NCBI GenBank assembly: GCA_963665115.1
Contig: OY762007.1
Span: 8,416,001-8,480,000 of the forward strand
Length of the DNA stretch: 64,000 bases
Direction of reading: 5' to 3'
Source: an uncultured Rivularia sp.
Lineage (GTDB): Bacteria > Cyanobacteriota > Cyanobacteriia > Cyanobacteriales > Nostocaceae
Shown in pieces: positions 52,079-61,978 of the stretch. The notes beneath the pieces were generated by a model. That model did no database searches. It was not told the origin of the DNA and saw only the letters and a program-made list of their open reading frames with translations. Position 1 is the first letter of the stretch, and each line of letters begins with the position of its first letter. The position numbers and the translations under genes are program-made.

Positions 52079-52107
52079 TTAAGCAAATGCTGAAAACGTT
52101 CTTCCTT

Positions 52108-52149
52108 CGCTTCTAGTAAAAATACTTTATTTGGTTTAATTGGCTGCAT
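52108..52149 (-). pseudogene. Probable N-terminal stub of iscB
   Basis: MQPIKPNKVFLLEA resembles the (S/N)KVF(V/L)(L/I)D start of the IscB PLMP domain. It lies 16 nt from the omega RNA end once the TnpB element is removed. Confidence 0.5.
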
Positions 52150-52300
52150 GATTAATACCGTGACGTACCTACACTCACTCGTAGAGGAGTGTAGGCTTCT
52201 CAGTGACTCTTCTTTGAAGACATTGACTGAGCTTTGAGGGCGTGCGTCCCACGCGCCTTGATGTTTATAGAAGCGTTCAAATCCCTGCACAAACTCGCAT
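52140..52300 (-). ncRNA. Predicted TnpB omega RNA (reRNA); 5' limit approximate
   Basis: Right-end hairpin CCTACACTC/GAGTGTAGG ending ...GTACGTCAC at 52160. The flank GGTATTAATCATGCAGCCAA would be the guide. Confidence 0.6.
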
Positions 52301-53384
52301 GACATACCGGGCAATTATGCATTCTTTGAGATAGCGCCTTTTTCACTTTATGACCACAACTAGAACATTCCTGGCTTGTACCGTTTGGATTTATAGCTAT
52401 TACTCGCAAACCAGCATTTTCGGCTTTGAATGTGAGTATATTTATAAACTGCGACCATCCGGCATCATGTATAGACTTAGCCAATCGTGTTCTAGCAAGT
52501 CCTTTCACGTTCAAGTTTTCAACAGCAACTATATCATACTTAGATAATAGATGCTTTGCTGTTTTGAAATGAAAATCTTTACGGGTATCAGCAACTTTTT
52601 TATGTCTGATGCCTAGTTCTTTAATTGCCTTTTTGCGACGGTTAGAACCCTTTTTACGACGCGATACTTTACGTTGCGCTGACTTTAATTTACGATCGGA
52701 TTTACGTAAATATTTTGGTGCAGCAATTCGAGTATTGTCTGAAGCTACATAAAAATCGATTAAGCCAACATCAATTCCGACAATATTACCAGCATTGAAA
52801 TCAGGTTTAATGGTTGGTACTTCTTTATTATCAAGACTCAAAGTTACGTAGTAGCCATTAGCCTTTTTCGTAACTGATAATGTTTTGATAACAAATCCGT
52901 CAGGTATTGGACGATGGATAATTACTTTTACATCGCCAATCTTAGATAAGGTAATTTTGTTGCCTACAAAATGATGTTGTTTGAATTGAGGATAAGTAAA
53001 GGTTTTATATTGCCCCGCACCTTTAAATCTAGGTCGCCCCGATTTCTTGCCGTTACTATCACCAGCTAACAACTTATCAAAAGCAATCTCAACTCTTTTT
53101 GGGACTTCTTGAAGTACTTGACTGTGAATATCTTTGTACCAAGGACGGACTATCTTAAGCTGTTTTAAAGATGCTTGTTGACTAAAACGATTAGGCTTTT
53201 CTTTTAATTCTGTCAAGTGACAAACAAGCGGACACCTATCAGTAGAGCAACGATTTTGTTCATACCAATCAAACCTTTGAGCAAGCTGATAGTTATATTG
53301 ATAACGCAATTTCTCAAGAGTGCCATCAATAATTTCTCGCTGCTCTTTATTTGGTTTTAATCTGAACTGATAAGAAGTTCTCAT
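52200..53384 (-). CDS. tnpB: RNA-guided endonuclease TnpB
   Basis: YQFRLKP; RuvC D (VGIDVG), E (AVENL) and D (RDLNAS); zinc finger CSSC/CPVC. All intact. Confidence 0.95.
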   Translation of the reverse strand: MRTSYQFRLKPNKEQREIIDGTLEKLRYQYNYQLAQRFDWYEQNRCSTDRCPLVCHLTELKEKPNRFSQQASLKQLKIVRPWYKDIHSQVLQEVPKRVEIAFDKLLAGDSNGKKSGRPRFKGAGQYKTFTYPQFKQHHFVGNKITLSKIGDVKVIIHRPIPDGFVIKTLSVTKKANGYYVTLSLDNKEVPTIKPDFNAGNIVGIDVGLIDFYVASDNTRIAAPKYLRKSDRKLKSAQRKVSRRKKGSNRRKKAIKELGIRHKKVADTRKDFHFKTAKHLLSKYDIVAVENLNVKGLARTRLAKSIHDAGWSQFINILTFKAENAGLRVIAINPNGTSQECSSCGHKVKKALSQRMHNCPVCHASLCRDLNASINIKARGTHALKAQSMSSKKSH

Positions 53385-53449
53385 TGATAAATATATTACT
53401 GATCGATCTCCGAATATAGTAACATGAATGGGTAGCCAATAACAACCCG

Positions 53450-53584
53450 ATGATGGAGAAAAATAAAAGACTTAGTATAAGGATAAGCTTTAAAAGATTG
53501 AATAGGCTTAGGGAGTATGCAATAAAACGGGATAAAACTATCACCTCCCTAGTAGAAGACTGGATTGATTCGTTACCCAGCTAG
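53450..53584 (+). CDS. 44-aa ribbon-helix-helix (CopG-like) protein (absent from the ORF track)
   Basis: MMEKNKRLSIRISFKRLNRLREYAIKRDKTITSLVEDWIDSLPS*: alternating beta strand followed by two helices. Divergent from tnpB. Confidence 0.72.
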   Translation: MMEKNKRLSIRISFKRLNRLREYAIKRDKTITSLVEDWIDSLPS

Positions 53585-53658
53585 ACCCGGTTCGTGATTC
53601 ATCCCGACACCTACCCGTAATCGGTTAGGTGTGGGACTTCTCGCGATTGATGTTAAAA

Positions 53659-53896
53659 GTAATGTTTGCTTCGTTAATGTTTGAGAGGCGGTAACTATTC
53701 TTTGAACACTAACTTAACCCCGTAAATCTGTTTAATCCAAGAGTTACAGTGCAACAGACTAGCGAAACCGTTGGTGTGAACTTTAACACTTCCTCTAAAC
53801 GTAGTAGGGGAAGACAAATACCCTTTCCTATAACTGGACAGCTTTGAGCCTCCTTGCTGGAAGCTCCCGACTTATAGCCGGGGGGGGGTCGCTGAC
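53659..53896 (-). ncRNA. IscB-type omega RNA scaffold (HEARO RNA)
   Basis: Minus strand begins GTCAGCGACCCC, then hairpins CCCGGCT/AGTCGGG and GAGCTTCC/GGAGGCTC, then CCAG, ACTACGTT, GCTAGT..CTGT, TTAAACAG, AGTG and AACATTAACGAAGCAAACATTAC, in the order recalled for HEARO. Confidence 0.85.
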
Positions 53897-54780
53897 TTGC
53901 TTACACACAACATATTAACGGGATACGAACAGGTAATTTGCCCATCTGAGTTGGTTTGACTGATTTCATGTAGATAATCTAGAAACATTTGCTTTTGGGA
54001 AGTCGAAAAGTATTCGGTATCAACTCCAAGGATAAAATCGAGCAATTGTTTTCCTCGTTCTAACTGCGAATCGAAACAATTTGAAATGTCGAGGGAGGCT
54101 GAAATAGCTTGTTTTGAATAAGGAATTTGGCTAATATCCAACGTTTCTTCAATCTGGTGACTGTACAAGGGAACCCTACCCCATAGCTGATTTGAGATAG
54201 AGAAAAATGGAATAGCCATATCTTCCAAAGGCGCATTCATTACTACTAGTTTACTGTCATAATCGAGAAGATTTCTAATTTTTGAAAGTGTTGATTCGAG
54301 ATTAGAACAATAATATAATACATGAATGCATAAGATGGCATCAAAAGATTGATCGAAGAAGCAGGAATTGAAATCTTCGTTAAAAATATCAAAAGAAAAG
54401 TTTTCGTTTTCACGGGCAAGAGTATCAAGTTTTTGTTGAGTTGCCAAAGTCTGTTCTTTGTTAGAATCTATGCCCACAAAATGAATTCTTTGATTTTTGG
54501 CAAGCAATTTTTTTAATAAAGGTACTTCAAAAGATCCGCTTCCACAACCAATACTCAGGATATTGTAACTGCTTCTATTTTCAAATGTTTTTTCAAAATA
54601 GATGAACATTGCATCGAGCATTCTAGCTTGCTGGTTTGTACTGTCGCAATAAACTTCATGGCATTCTAAGTAGTTTTGACCTTTGAGTTCTATCAGATTG
54701 AGATTTTTCACTTCCGGATGGAAGTATGAGATTTTAGGAAATTCAGTTGTCCATCGATCGATTGACTGTGATTTACGCAT
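53872..54780 (-). CDS. Class I SAM methyltransferase (histamine N-methyltransferase-like); last 7 codons derive from the IscB element end
   Basis: ILSIGCGSG, VGIDSN, IHVLYY. Ends VSK-SATPPRL inside the omega RNA. Confidence 0.85.
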   Translation of the reverse strand: MRKSQSIDRWTTEFPKISYFHPEVKNLNLIELKGQNYLECHEVYCDSTNQQARMLDAMFIYFEKTFENRSSYNILSIGCGSGSFEVPLLKKLLAKNQRIHFVGIDSNKEQTLATQQKLDTLARENENFSFDIFNEDFNSCFFDQSFDAILCIHVLYYCSNLESTLSKIRNLLDYDSKLVVMNAPLEDMAIPFFSISNQLWGRVPLYSHQIEETLDISQIPYSKQAISASLDISNCFDSQLERGKQLLDFILGVDTEYFSTSQKQMFLDYLHEISQTNSDGQITCSYPVNMLCVSKSATPPRL

Positions 54781-55014
54781 TTTTAGAAATATTTAATCAC
54801 TCGAATTGTACTATACTCTCTCGACATAAATATCAATGTACTTCGCAATAGTGAAGCAATTGTGAATTATTATTAGTACATCTTTAATATCTACAAAAAT
54901 ATCTATAAATCAAAAAACTCACCTGCGTGGGTTTTGTCTGTGTAGAAGCGGTTTTGAGCGCCGGTATTATTAAACGAGTATTGCAACAATTAAACTATTT
55001 AACAAATTACAAAA

Positions 55015-56824
55015 ATGAAGAATCTAACACATACCGCTGACGTATTAGTAGTTGGTGGTGGCACCGGGGGCACTACTGCGGCGATTCAAGCAGCGCGACG
55101 AGGTGCAAAAACTATCTTAGTAATTCTCTAGACCAAATTGGTTTAACATTGCCAATTTTTGCAAGATATACCTCCGATCCTTTGATTGAGAATCCACCAA
55201 TTCTAAACCTTGCAGATTGTTGGTTTGTCTTTTTCTTAAACTTTGGACTACCAATCCTTTTACCCTTGCGCTTACTTTTGAGGGAATCAAAAAAGTGTTT
55301 ATAAGCAACTCCTAAATCCGCAACAGATTGTTGCAATGGGATATTAGAAACCGTACTCAGCCAAGAAACGCTCGGATGTTTTCTTGGCTTGGGTAATTAC
55401 CAATTTTTGCAAATCGTTGTTATTTGGTAGCTTTTCTGATTTTTTGCAAATAGCCAGCGCATCATTCCAAACTACTACCGAATTAGGAGATTTACTCGCT
55501 TTAGCCGATATACCCTTTCGCTGGGGTTGGGAATTGTAATCTGAATGGCAAGAAAAGAGCGCACCAACTGCACCTAATTCTCTCACGGCAAAATATCCCG
55601 TACAGGCTCCAACTTGGGTGGTAGTAATGCAAGATTACGGCGAAACTTTAGCCCCAGAAATTCCGCAAGCACCAAATTACGATTCATCAGCGTTCGCAGG
55701 CGCTTGGGATAATTACGGTGCAGAAAAATTCTTGAATTATGGATGCTTGGGAAATGGTCTTTTTATGATGAATTGGCCCAATTGTGGCAACGACTACGGT
55801 GAAGATTTGGGTCGAATGATTGAATCAGAACAAGTAAAAAGTGAGTTTCTCTATGAATGTCGCAATCATAGCCAAAATTTCGCTCATTTCATCCAATCTC
55901 AATTCAGTCGTCGCTACGGTTTGGCAGAAAATGTTTTTCCCGCAATCCATAATAATTATGAAGCACTTCATCCTTACTACCGGGAAAGCCGTCGCTTGGT
56001 GGGACTAACTACCGTGAGGGAACAAGATATTTTGCCAGTCACCGACGGTATCGCAGCCAGTTTACATATAGATACTATTGCGATTGGAAATTACCCCAAT
56101 GACCATCATTATCCCGGTGTTAAATTCCAATTGCAACCAAAATCAATACGTTGGGGAGGGCGTTTAACGGGAACTCCTTTCACTATTCCCTATCGTTCCT
56201 TAGTTCCGCTACAAACAAATGGTTTATTAGTCTGCGAAAAAAATATTTCTACATCGCATATAGCAAACGGTGCCACCAGATTGCAGCCCGTGGTGATAAA
56301 TATCGCTCAAGCTGCGGGAATGGCTGCGGCAATCTGCATTGAGTTGAGTTGCCAACCTAGGGACTTAGCTGTAAGAGCATTGCAACAAGCTTTATTAAAC
56401 GATCTACAAGCACCAGCAGCAATAGTTTATGTTGTTCAATTTATCACCAAGGCATCCCGATTGGTTCATAAAGCAAATGTATTATTTAGACAATTTGCAT
56501 GATTACTTGGCTCGTGATAATTGCGCCGACACATCTATGATTAAGTACTCATACGGTAGCGGCAATACAGTACAGCCACGGAATCTTTACTGTTTTAAAG
56601 GTATTTTCCAGCGTATAAGTCAGCAAGATTACAGATTAGAAATTACCGCCCCAATTGTATATAAAGAATGTATTTATCAACTTGTCACTTTAAAGCCAGC
56701 TATTAACTTGACCCTACAATCTTTGTCTGACAAGACATACGTAATTATTGGCGGTCAGATAAATCATGCTGGTAACTGGTTATTAGTAGAACATATCACT
56801 AAGAATAAAGATTCTTTCGGATAG
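55015..56824 (+). pseudogene. FAD-dependent oxidoreductase (patX-linked), disrupted
   Basis: DVLVVGGGTGG..AAIQAARRG. Part is replaced by a tnpB fragment; in-frame TAA at 55537; PYYRESRR and NGATRLQP; frameshift at ~56426. Confidence 0.88.
55120..55477 (-). mobile_element. Internal fragment of a second, distinct tnpB with no element ends
   Basis: VVWNDALA...ITQAKKT...LQQSVADL...PKFKKK...YLAKIG.VKPIWSREL. Confidence 0.85.
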
Positions 56825-56853
56825 AGTAAAAAAAAGTACTATTTAGTAAAATT

Positions 56854-56880
56854 TCCGGATGCAGTATTTAAAACTAAGTA
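56854..56880 (+). promoter_or_regulatory. DIF1 heterocyst-differentiation promoter motif
   Basis: TCCGGA-N18-GTA upstream of patX. Confidence 0.8.
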
Positions 56881-56916
56881 TCAGTGAAGTGGATAGTTCA
56901 AAAATAGACATCTACT

Positions 56917-57129
56917 ATGCGTACAGCCATTTCACTTTTAGTTACAAGTTTCGTATTCGGCTCCCTAGCCGTTAACTTTCAAGGAATTGGAAACTCTTTA
57001 TCAAAAGAAATGTTTTCCACCTCTGGAGAGCAAGAATTACTATTGAGTAGATCCAATCCACGCAAGCCCAAAACACCCCATAGAGGTAGTGGACGCAGAG
57101 AGTTTTTGGAATATTCCAACAACGCTTAA
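56917..57129 (+). CDS. patX: Heterocyst-inhibiting peptide precursor PatX
   Basis: Signal peptide, Pro-rich PKTPHRGSGRR, DIF1 promoter, and position between the FAD oxidoreductase and methyltransferase/gifA/glnA. Confidence 0.92.
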   Translation: MRTAISLLVTSFVFGSLAVNFQGIGNSLSKEMFSTSGEQELLLSRSNPRKPKTPHRGSGRREFLEYSNNA

Positions 57130-57561
57130 TTCTGCTGCATCGCTACAAAAAGTGCAACGCATAGAACCAGTCAGTCGTGTTATATCAAGTACATCAAAAT
57201 ATAGCTTATAGGGTGTTAATAATCACTATTTACCTTATTTGCTTCGTGCAGATATAATTTTTGCTACACGACATTGTTAGATAGTTTTAGTTATCATTTA
57301 TTTCAGATTGTATAAATAGTCAGTCAAACTATATATATCAATGGTTACTTCATTGACTGTCAAATTCGATAGCATCATAATCGCTTCTCAAAGAGAAATT
57401 TTTCTCACGCACGTCGTCTGCCACTCTAAAGTTTAATCCTCCATTTGTTTTCATATTTAAAGTGTGATTCCTGCTTTGCTAGCGAGTAGGGACATCTAAT
57501 TTAAATATGCTTAAAAGGTGATTCGTTCACCCAAATATTATGCATCCTATGCTTGTTCAAG

Positions 57562-57601
57562 ACTAGAGGCGAAAATTCGTCTCTAGTATTTGCTTTGTTT
57601 T
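57562..57601 (+). terminator. Hairpin terminator
   Basis: ACTAGAGGCGAA-AA-TTCGTCTCTAGT followed by a T-rich tail. Confidence 0.6.
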
Positions 57602-57737
57602 GATAAAAATGTAAAAAAGTATGCTTATAAAAAGCCCCCCTTAAAAAGAAAGGGGGGTTGAGAGGTTATTTTTAAAACGTTATTGTTACCTCAGTTTTGA
57701 ACAGAAAACCGATGGAGACATTAATCATTTAGAAAAC

Positions 57738-58796
57738 TTACACCGATGGTTTACGAGCAATCAAATATTTGCTCATATGGTGAACCTGCATTTCAATGTT
57801 CTCAAAACCAGCAGTTTCTAAACGCTCTACTAAATTATCAGTCACATAATTCATGTAGAAAGGTTCGTGGAATGTTTCGTGGAAGTTTTGCATTGCAGGT
57901 TCGACTTCCGGCGAATCGCTCAATTGAACTGAATCGCAAAGAATAAAAGTTCCACCTGGTTTTGTAACTCGGAAGGCTTCATTAATTATTCGCTGACGTA
58001 TTGCTGCTGGTAATTCGTGGAAAAGAAAAATGCAAGTTGTAGCGTGAAAATACTCATCTAGATAAGGCAACTCTTCCGCATTCGCTTGCAATAATTGCGG
58101 TAATTCTCCTGGAATTTCCGATAGCAACTGATTAGCTTTGCGTAAGTAAGTTGGTGACAAATCCATACCAAACAGCGATGCTTGAGGCAAGGTTGCTCGA
58201 ATCATCTTCAAAGTGCGCCCGGTGCCGCAAGCGATATCTAAAACACGCTGTTGTCGTGGGGATACATCTGCAAATACTTTTAACCCTTCTTTTAATGGAG
58301 CCAAAATTCTACGCCGCATCGCATCTGCAACACCATTAAAGAGAATTTCTACCTGTAAGTCATACAAGTTAGCAGATAATTCGCTCAAATAACCATCGGT
58401 TTGATGATGGAAATTCCGCACATAATATTGGGGATAATCAGTAGTATCTATATTTGGAGAAAAATCTGTATATTTATCGCTTTTAGCTCGCTCCCAGATT
58501 TGGGGTAAATCCATCCATAGTTGTGGATAGTAAACAAAAAAATCTTCCCAAGGATTATCAAACAGCAGACTTTTGGGATAAACCCCCCGCTCTGCATCTT
58601 CCCAGTCAACTTCTAATAAGTTATTTAGACGCTCTCCTAATTTCACTAATAACTCTGTTGGAATCGGCGTTACTTTCTTATCCACCGGAGATAAAGCTTT
58701 CATCAACTGCGTACTGAGAGTCTTGTGAGCTAAACCAAAAATACTTTTACTCTGTTGAAATGTCTGGTAAGTAAATTTTGTTAAAGTGTCTGGCAT
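57738..58796 (-). CDS. Class I SAM-dependent methyltransferase
   Basis: NFHHQTDGYLS, VLDIACGTG, FLFHELP, RVTKPGG. Confidence 0.92.
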   Translation of the reverse strand: MPDTLTKFTYQTFQQSKSIFGLAHKTLSTQLMKALSPVDKKVTPIPTELLVKLGERLNNLLEVDWEDAERGVYPKSLLFDNPWEDFFVYYPQLWMDLPQIWERAKSDKYTDFSPNIDTTDYPQYYVRNFHHQTDGYLSELSANLYDLQVEILFNGVADAMRRRILAPLKEGLKVFADVSPRQQRVLDIACGTGRTLKMIRATLPQASLFGMDLSPTYLRKANQLLSEIPGELPQLLQANAEELPYLDEYFHATTCIFLFHELPAAIRQRIINEAFRVTKPGGTFILCDSVQLSDSPEVEPAMQNFHETFHEPFYMNYVTDNLVERLETAGFENIEMQVHHMSKYLIARKPSV

Positions 58797-59106
58797 AGGA
58801 ATTCAATATTTCGTCAATTAAGTCACCTATTCTCATTTTATGGAAATATTTTGTAATAAACAATCATAAACCTTGAAACAAAATTCCGTGTAATTCACGA
58901 AGATATATCAAAAGATAGATGCTAAGCACGAGTACTTCCTTCTGATGTATTTTTTAAAATATATATCACTTTTGCAAGAAGTTTACTATTAACCCACGGA
59001 ACAGCCTGAATAGTTACTTTGAATCGCTAACAGCTTTAAAAATCAAACGAGAATCTATACTTCATATAACTTTATATATTTATTTAATAAAAAAGGTGTA
59101 AAAACC

Positions 59107-59137
59107 GTAGTCATTGTTACAGAATTATTTCTATAAT
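59107..59137 (+). promoter_or_regulatory. NtcA site in repressor position at the gifA promoter
   Basis: GTAGTCATTGTTAC (GTA-N8-TAC), 11 nt before TATAAT. Confidence 0.85.
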
Positions 59138-59194
59138 TGAGAAAAGCAAAAATAAGCTTACTACATATTAATTAAATATAAGGAGTCTAAAATT

Positions 59195-59395
59195 ATGACT
59201 ACTCAAGAAAAAGCCCGTGCTTTAATGCAAGGTCATTATCAAACCATTAAAAATCGTCAACAGTCAATGCTCGGACGTGCCGGAGAGGAAATTGGGCTTC
59301 CCGGAGAAACATCTCGTTATTGGAACCCAGTTCAAGGAAAAATCAATCCTAGCGCTTGGGGAAGTTGCGATCGCTCTAATGCGACGATGAGCTAA
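59195..59395 (+). CDS. gifA: Glutamine synthetase inactivating factor IF7
   Basis: QEKARALM, KNRQQSML.R, EEIGL. Convergent with glnA. Confidence 0.92.
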   Translation: MTTQEKARALMQGHYQTIKNRQQSMLGRAGEEIGLPGETSRYWNPVQGKINPSAWGSCDRSNATMS

Positions 59396-59463
59396 TAGGA
59401 GCGAGTAGCGAGTAAGTTATTTTTCTCCTTGTCTCCCTATCTGCCCATCCCCCTAAGAACCGA

Positions 59464-59492
59464 AAAAAAAGCCACCCTCGCGAGGGTGGCTT
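59464..59492. terminator. Terminator between convergent gifA and glnA
   Basis: AAAAAAAGCCACCCTCGCGAGGGTGGCTT. Confidence 0.85.
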
Positions 59493-59544
59493 AATTTATG
59501 ATTTGAAATTATGTAGAATTGACCGAAATCTACAAAAAACCAAA

Positions 59545-60961
59545 TTAACAGTCGTAATAAAGAGAAAATTCGTAGGGATGAGGACGTAAACGCATGGGGT
59601 TAACTTCACTATCTAACTTGAAAGAAATCCAGTTTTCTATGAAGTCTTTGGTGAATACTCCACCTTCGATTAAGAAATTATGGTCTTTTTCCAGAGCTTC
59701 CAACGCCAAATCCAAAGAAACCAGGCGTAGAAGGAACTTTAGCTAATTCTTCTGGAGAAAGCTCGTAGATGTTCTTATCTAAAGGTTCGCCGGGATCGAT
59801 TTTGTTTTTAATTCCATCTAAACCAGCGCAGAGCATTGCAGCAAAGGCTAGATAGGGGTTGCAAGTTGCATCGGGACAGCGGAACTCTAAACGTTTAGCT
59901 TTGGGGTTATCGCCAGCAAGAGGAATACGCACGGAAGCGGAACGGTTTCCTTGGGAGTAAGCCAAGTTTACTGGTGCTTCGTAACCGGGTACCAAACGCT
60001 TGTAGGAGTTGGTACTGGGGTTTGTGAATGCTAACAATGCTGGTGCGTGCTTGAGAATTCCACCAATGTAGTGGAGTCCCATTTCGCTCATTCCCGCATA
60101 CTTATCGCCAGCGAATAAAGGCTTGCCATCTTTCCAGATCGATTGGTGGGTGTGCATACCGGAGCCGTTATCCTGGAATACAGGCTTGGGCATGAAGGTA
60201 ACGGATTTGCCGTATTTCTTGGCTACGTTCTTGATCACGTATTTGTAAGTCATCAACCAATCAGCAGCTTCGATTAGTTTACCAAAACGGAAACCTAATT
60301 CGCACTGACCCCCAGTAGCCACTTCATGGTGATGTTTTTCAATGGGAACGCCGCATTTTTTCATTTCTAACAGCATTTCCGTCCGCATATCTTGCGAAGT
60401 ATCGGTTGGGGAAACTGGGAAGTAGCCTCCTTTATAATTTGGCTTATAACCAAGGTTAGGGCCTTCTTCTTTACCGGAATTCCAACGACCTTCTACGGAA
60501 TCTACGTAGTAGTAACCTGCATTTTGGGTTTGGTCAAAGCGAACATCATCAAAGATGAAAAATTCAGCTTCTGGCCCAAAAAATGCTGTATCACCAACAC
60601 CAAGTGAATTTAAATAATCAATTGCTTTCTGAGCAATTACCCGAGGACAGCGGTCGTACCATTCACCAGTGCGAGGTTCTTTAATGCTACATACAATACT
60701 TAGAGTGGGTTCTGTCATGAAAGGGTCGATCCAAGCAGTATTTGGATCTAGCACCATTGACATATCTGACTCGTTAATGGCTTTCCAACCCCGAATACTC
60801 GAACCGTCAAATGGTACGCCATCGGTGAAAGAACTTTCATCGATTTGGTCTTGGAACATTGTTAAATGCTGCCAAATTCCTGGCATATCGATGAATTTCA
60901 GATCGATCATCTGAATATTATTGTCTTGAATCATTTTCAAGACTTCTTGTGGGGTTGTCAT
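59545..60961 (-). CDS. glnA: Glutamine synthetase type I, with an apparent +1 frameshift at ~59719
   Basis: FDGSSI, HHEVA, TFMPKP, NGSGMH, NRSA. Deleting one base restores [15 protein letters not shown]...[13 protein letters not shown]. Confidence 0.96.
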
Positions 60962-61062
60962 GGTTACTCCTTATCTGCCAATACGCAATGGATTAAAACG
61001 GAAATATTCAAAAAAACTGTTGACCCTTAGAAGCTGAAACCACTTGTTTATACACCTGGAAT

Positions 61063-61104
61063 ATCCTAAATATAGGTAAATCCAAAAAGTGTATCATTTG
61101 TTAC
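61063..61104 (-). promoter_or_regulatory. Class II NtcA-activated glnA promoter
   Basis: Minus strand GTAACAAATGATAC-N22-TAGGAT. Confidence 0.9.
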
Positions 61105-61325
61105 GTAAAACATATTTTAAAGGTAATGTTAACCTTTTAGTAAATCATCTACACAAAAATAAAAGTTCATCTTATAGGGGTCAACTTTGGCATAGAATCC
61201 TTAAGTAGTATGGATTGCTTTTTGCCAGATTTTTGGCTAAGTTACCACAAAATAGGTTTTGTGATGGACTTTTAGTCAAATTAATATCAAATCAAAATAA
61301 TTAGGAATGATTGGGGGATAATAAA

Positions 61326-61835
61326 ATGCAAGATGCTGTAACAACTTTAATTAAGAATTATGACGTTACCGGACGTTATCTTGATAGAAACGCAGTAGAT
61401 TCGCTCAAATCTTACTTTGAAAGCGGTACGATAAGAATTCAAGCAGCGGCGGCTATCAATTCCAATGCAGCATTTATAGTCAAAGAATCCGCTGTTAAGT
61501 TATTTGAAGACCAGCCAGAACTAATTCGCCCCGGCGGAAACGCTTATACAACTCGTCGTTATGCGGCTTGCTTGCGGGACATGGATTATTATTTGCGTTA
61601 TGCTACTTATGCTTTAGTTGCTGGCAGCATGGACGTGCTAGACGAGCGAGTATTGCAAGGTTTGCGCGAAACTTACAATTCTTTAGGAGTTCCCATTGCT
61701 CCTACAGTTGCTGGTATCCAAATCATGAAGGAAATGGTTAAAGAACAAGTTGCCTCTGCCGGTATTTCCGATACCAGCTTTGTAGACGAACCCTTTGACT
61801 ATATGACAAGAGAGTTGAGTGAAACGGATATCTAA
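61326..61835 (+). CDS. apcF: Allophycocyanin beta-18 subunit
   Basis: MQDAVTTLIKNYD.TGRYLD, RPGGNAYTTRRYAACLRD. Divergent from glnA. Confidence 0.95.
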   Translation: MQDAVTTLIKNYDVTGRYLDRNAVDSLKSYFESGTIRIQAAAAINSNAAFIVKESAVKLFEDQPELIRPGGNAYTTRRYAACLRDMDYYLRYATYALVAGSMDVLDERVLQGLRETYNSLGVPIAPTVAGIQIMKEMVKEQVASAGISDTSFVDEPFDYMTRELSETDI

Positions 61836-61837
61836 GA

Positions 61838-61978
61838 TGGTAATGGGTAATGGGTAATGGGTAATGGGTAATGGGTAATGGAGACAAGGGGAGAAGGGGA
61901 AATACATCTGAACCGATGCCCAATGCCCAATGCCCTATGCCCTATGCCCAATTACCAATTATCAATTACCAATTACCA
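61838..61978. repeat. STRR heptamer arrays
   Basis: GGTAATG, ATGCCC(A/T) and AATTACC tandem units. Confidence 0.9.

Larger units (their letters stand above)
52160..53652 (-). mobile_element. IS200/IS605-family non-autonomous element (tnpB plus divergent RHH gene, no tnpA)
   Basis: Right-end hairpin and TCAC terminus; left-end hairpin CCCGACACCTA...TAGGTGTGGG at ~53604-53635; TTTAA immediately 5' (candidate TAM); no TSD. The left boundary is inferred. Confidence 0.8.

Noticed and set aside
59545..60961. glnA as a true pseudogene or programmed frameshift
   Set aside because: Single homopolymer gain of the same kind as five others; the downstream frame is fully conserved; no slippery heptamer.
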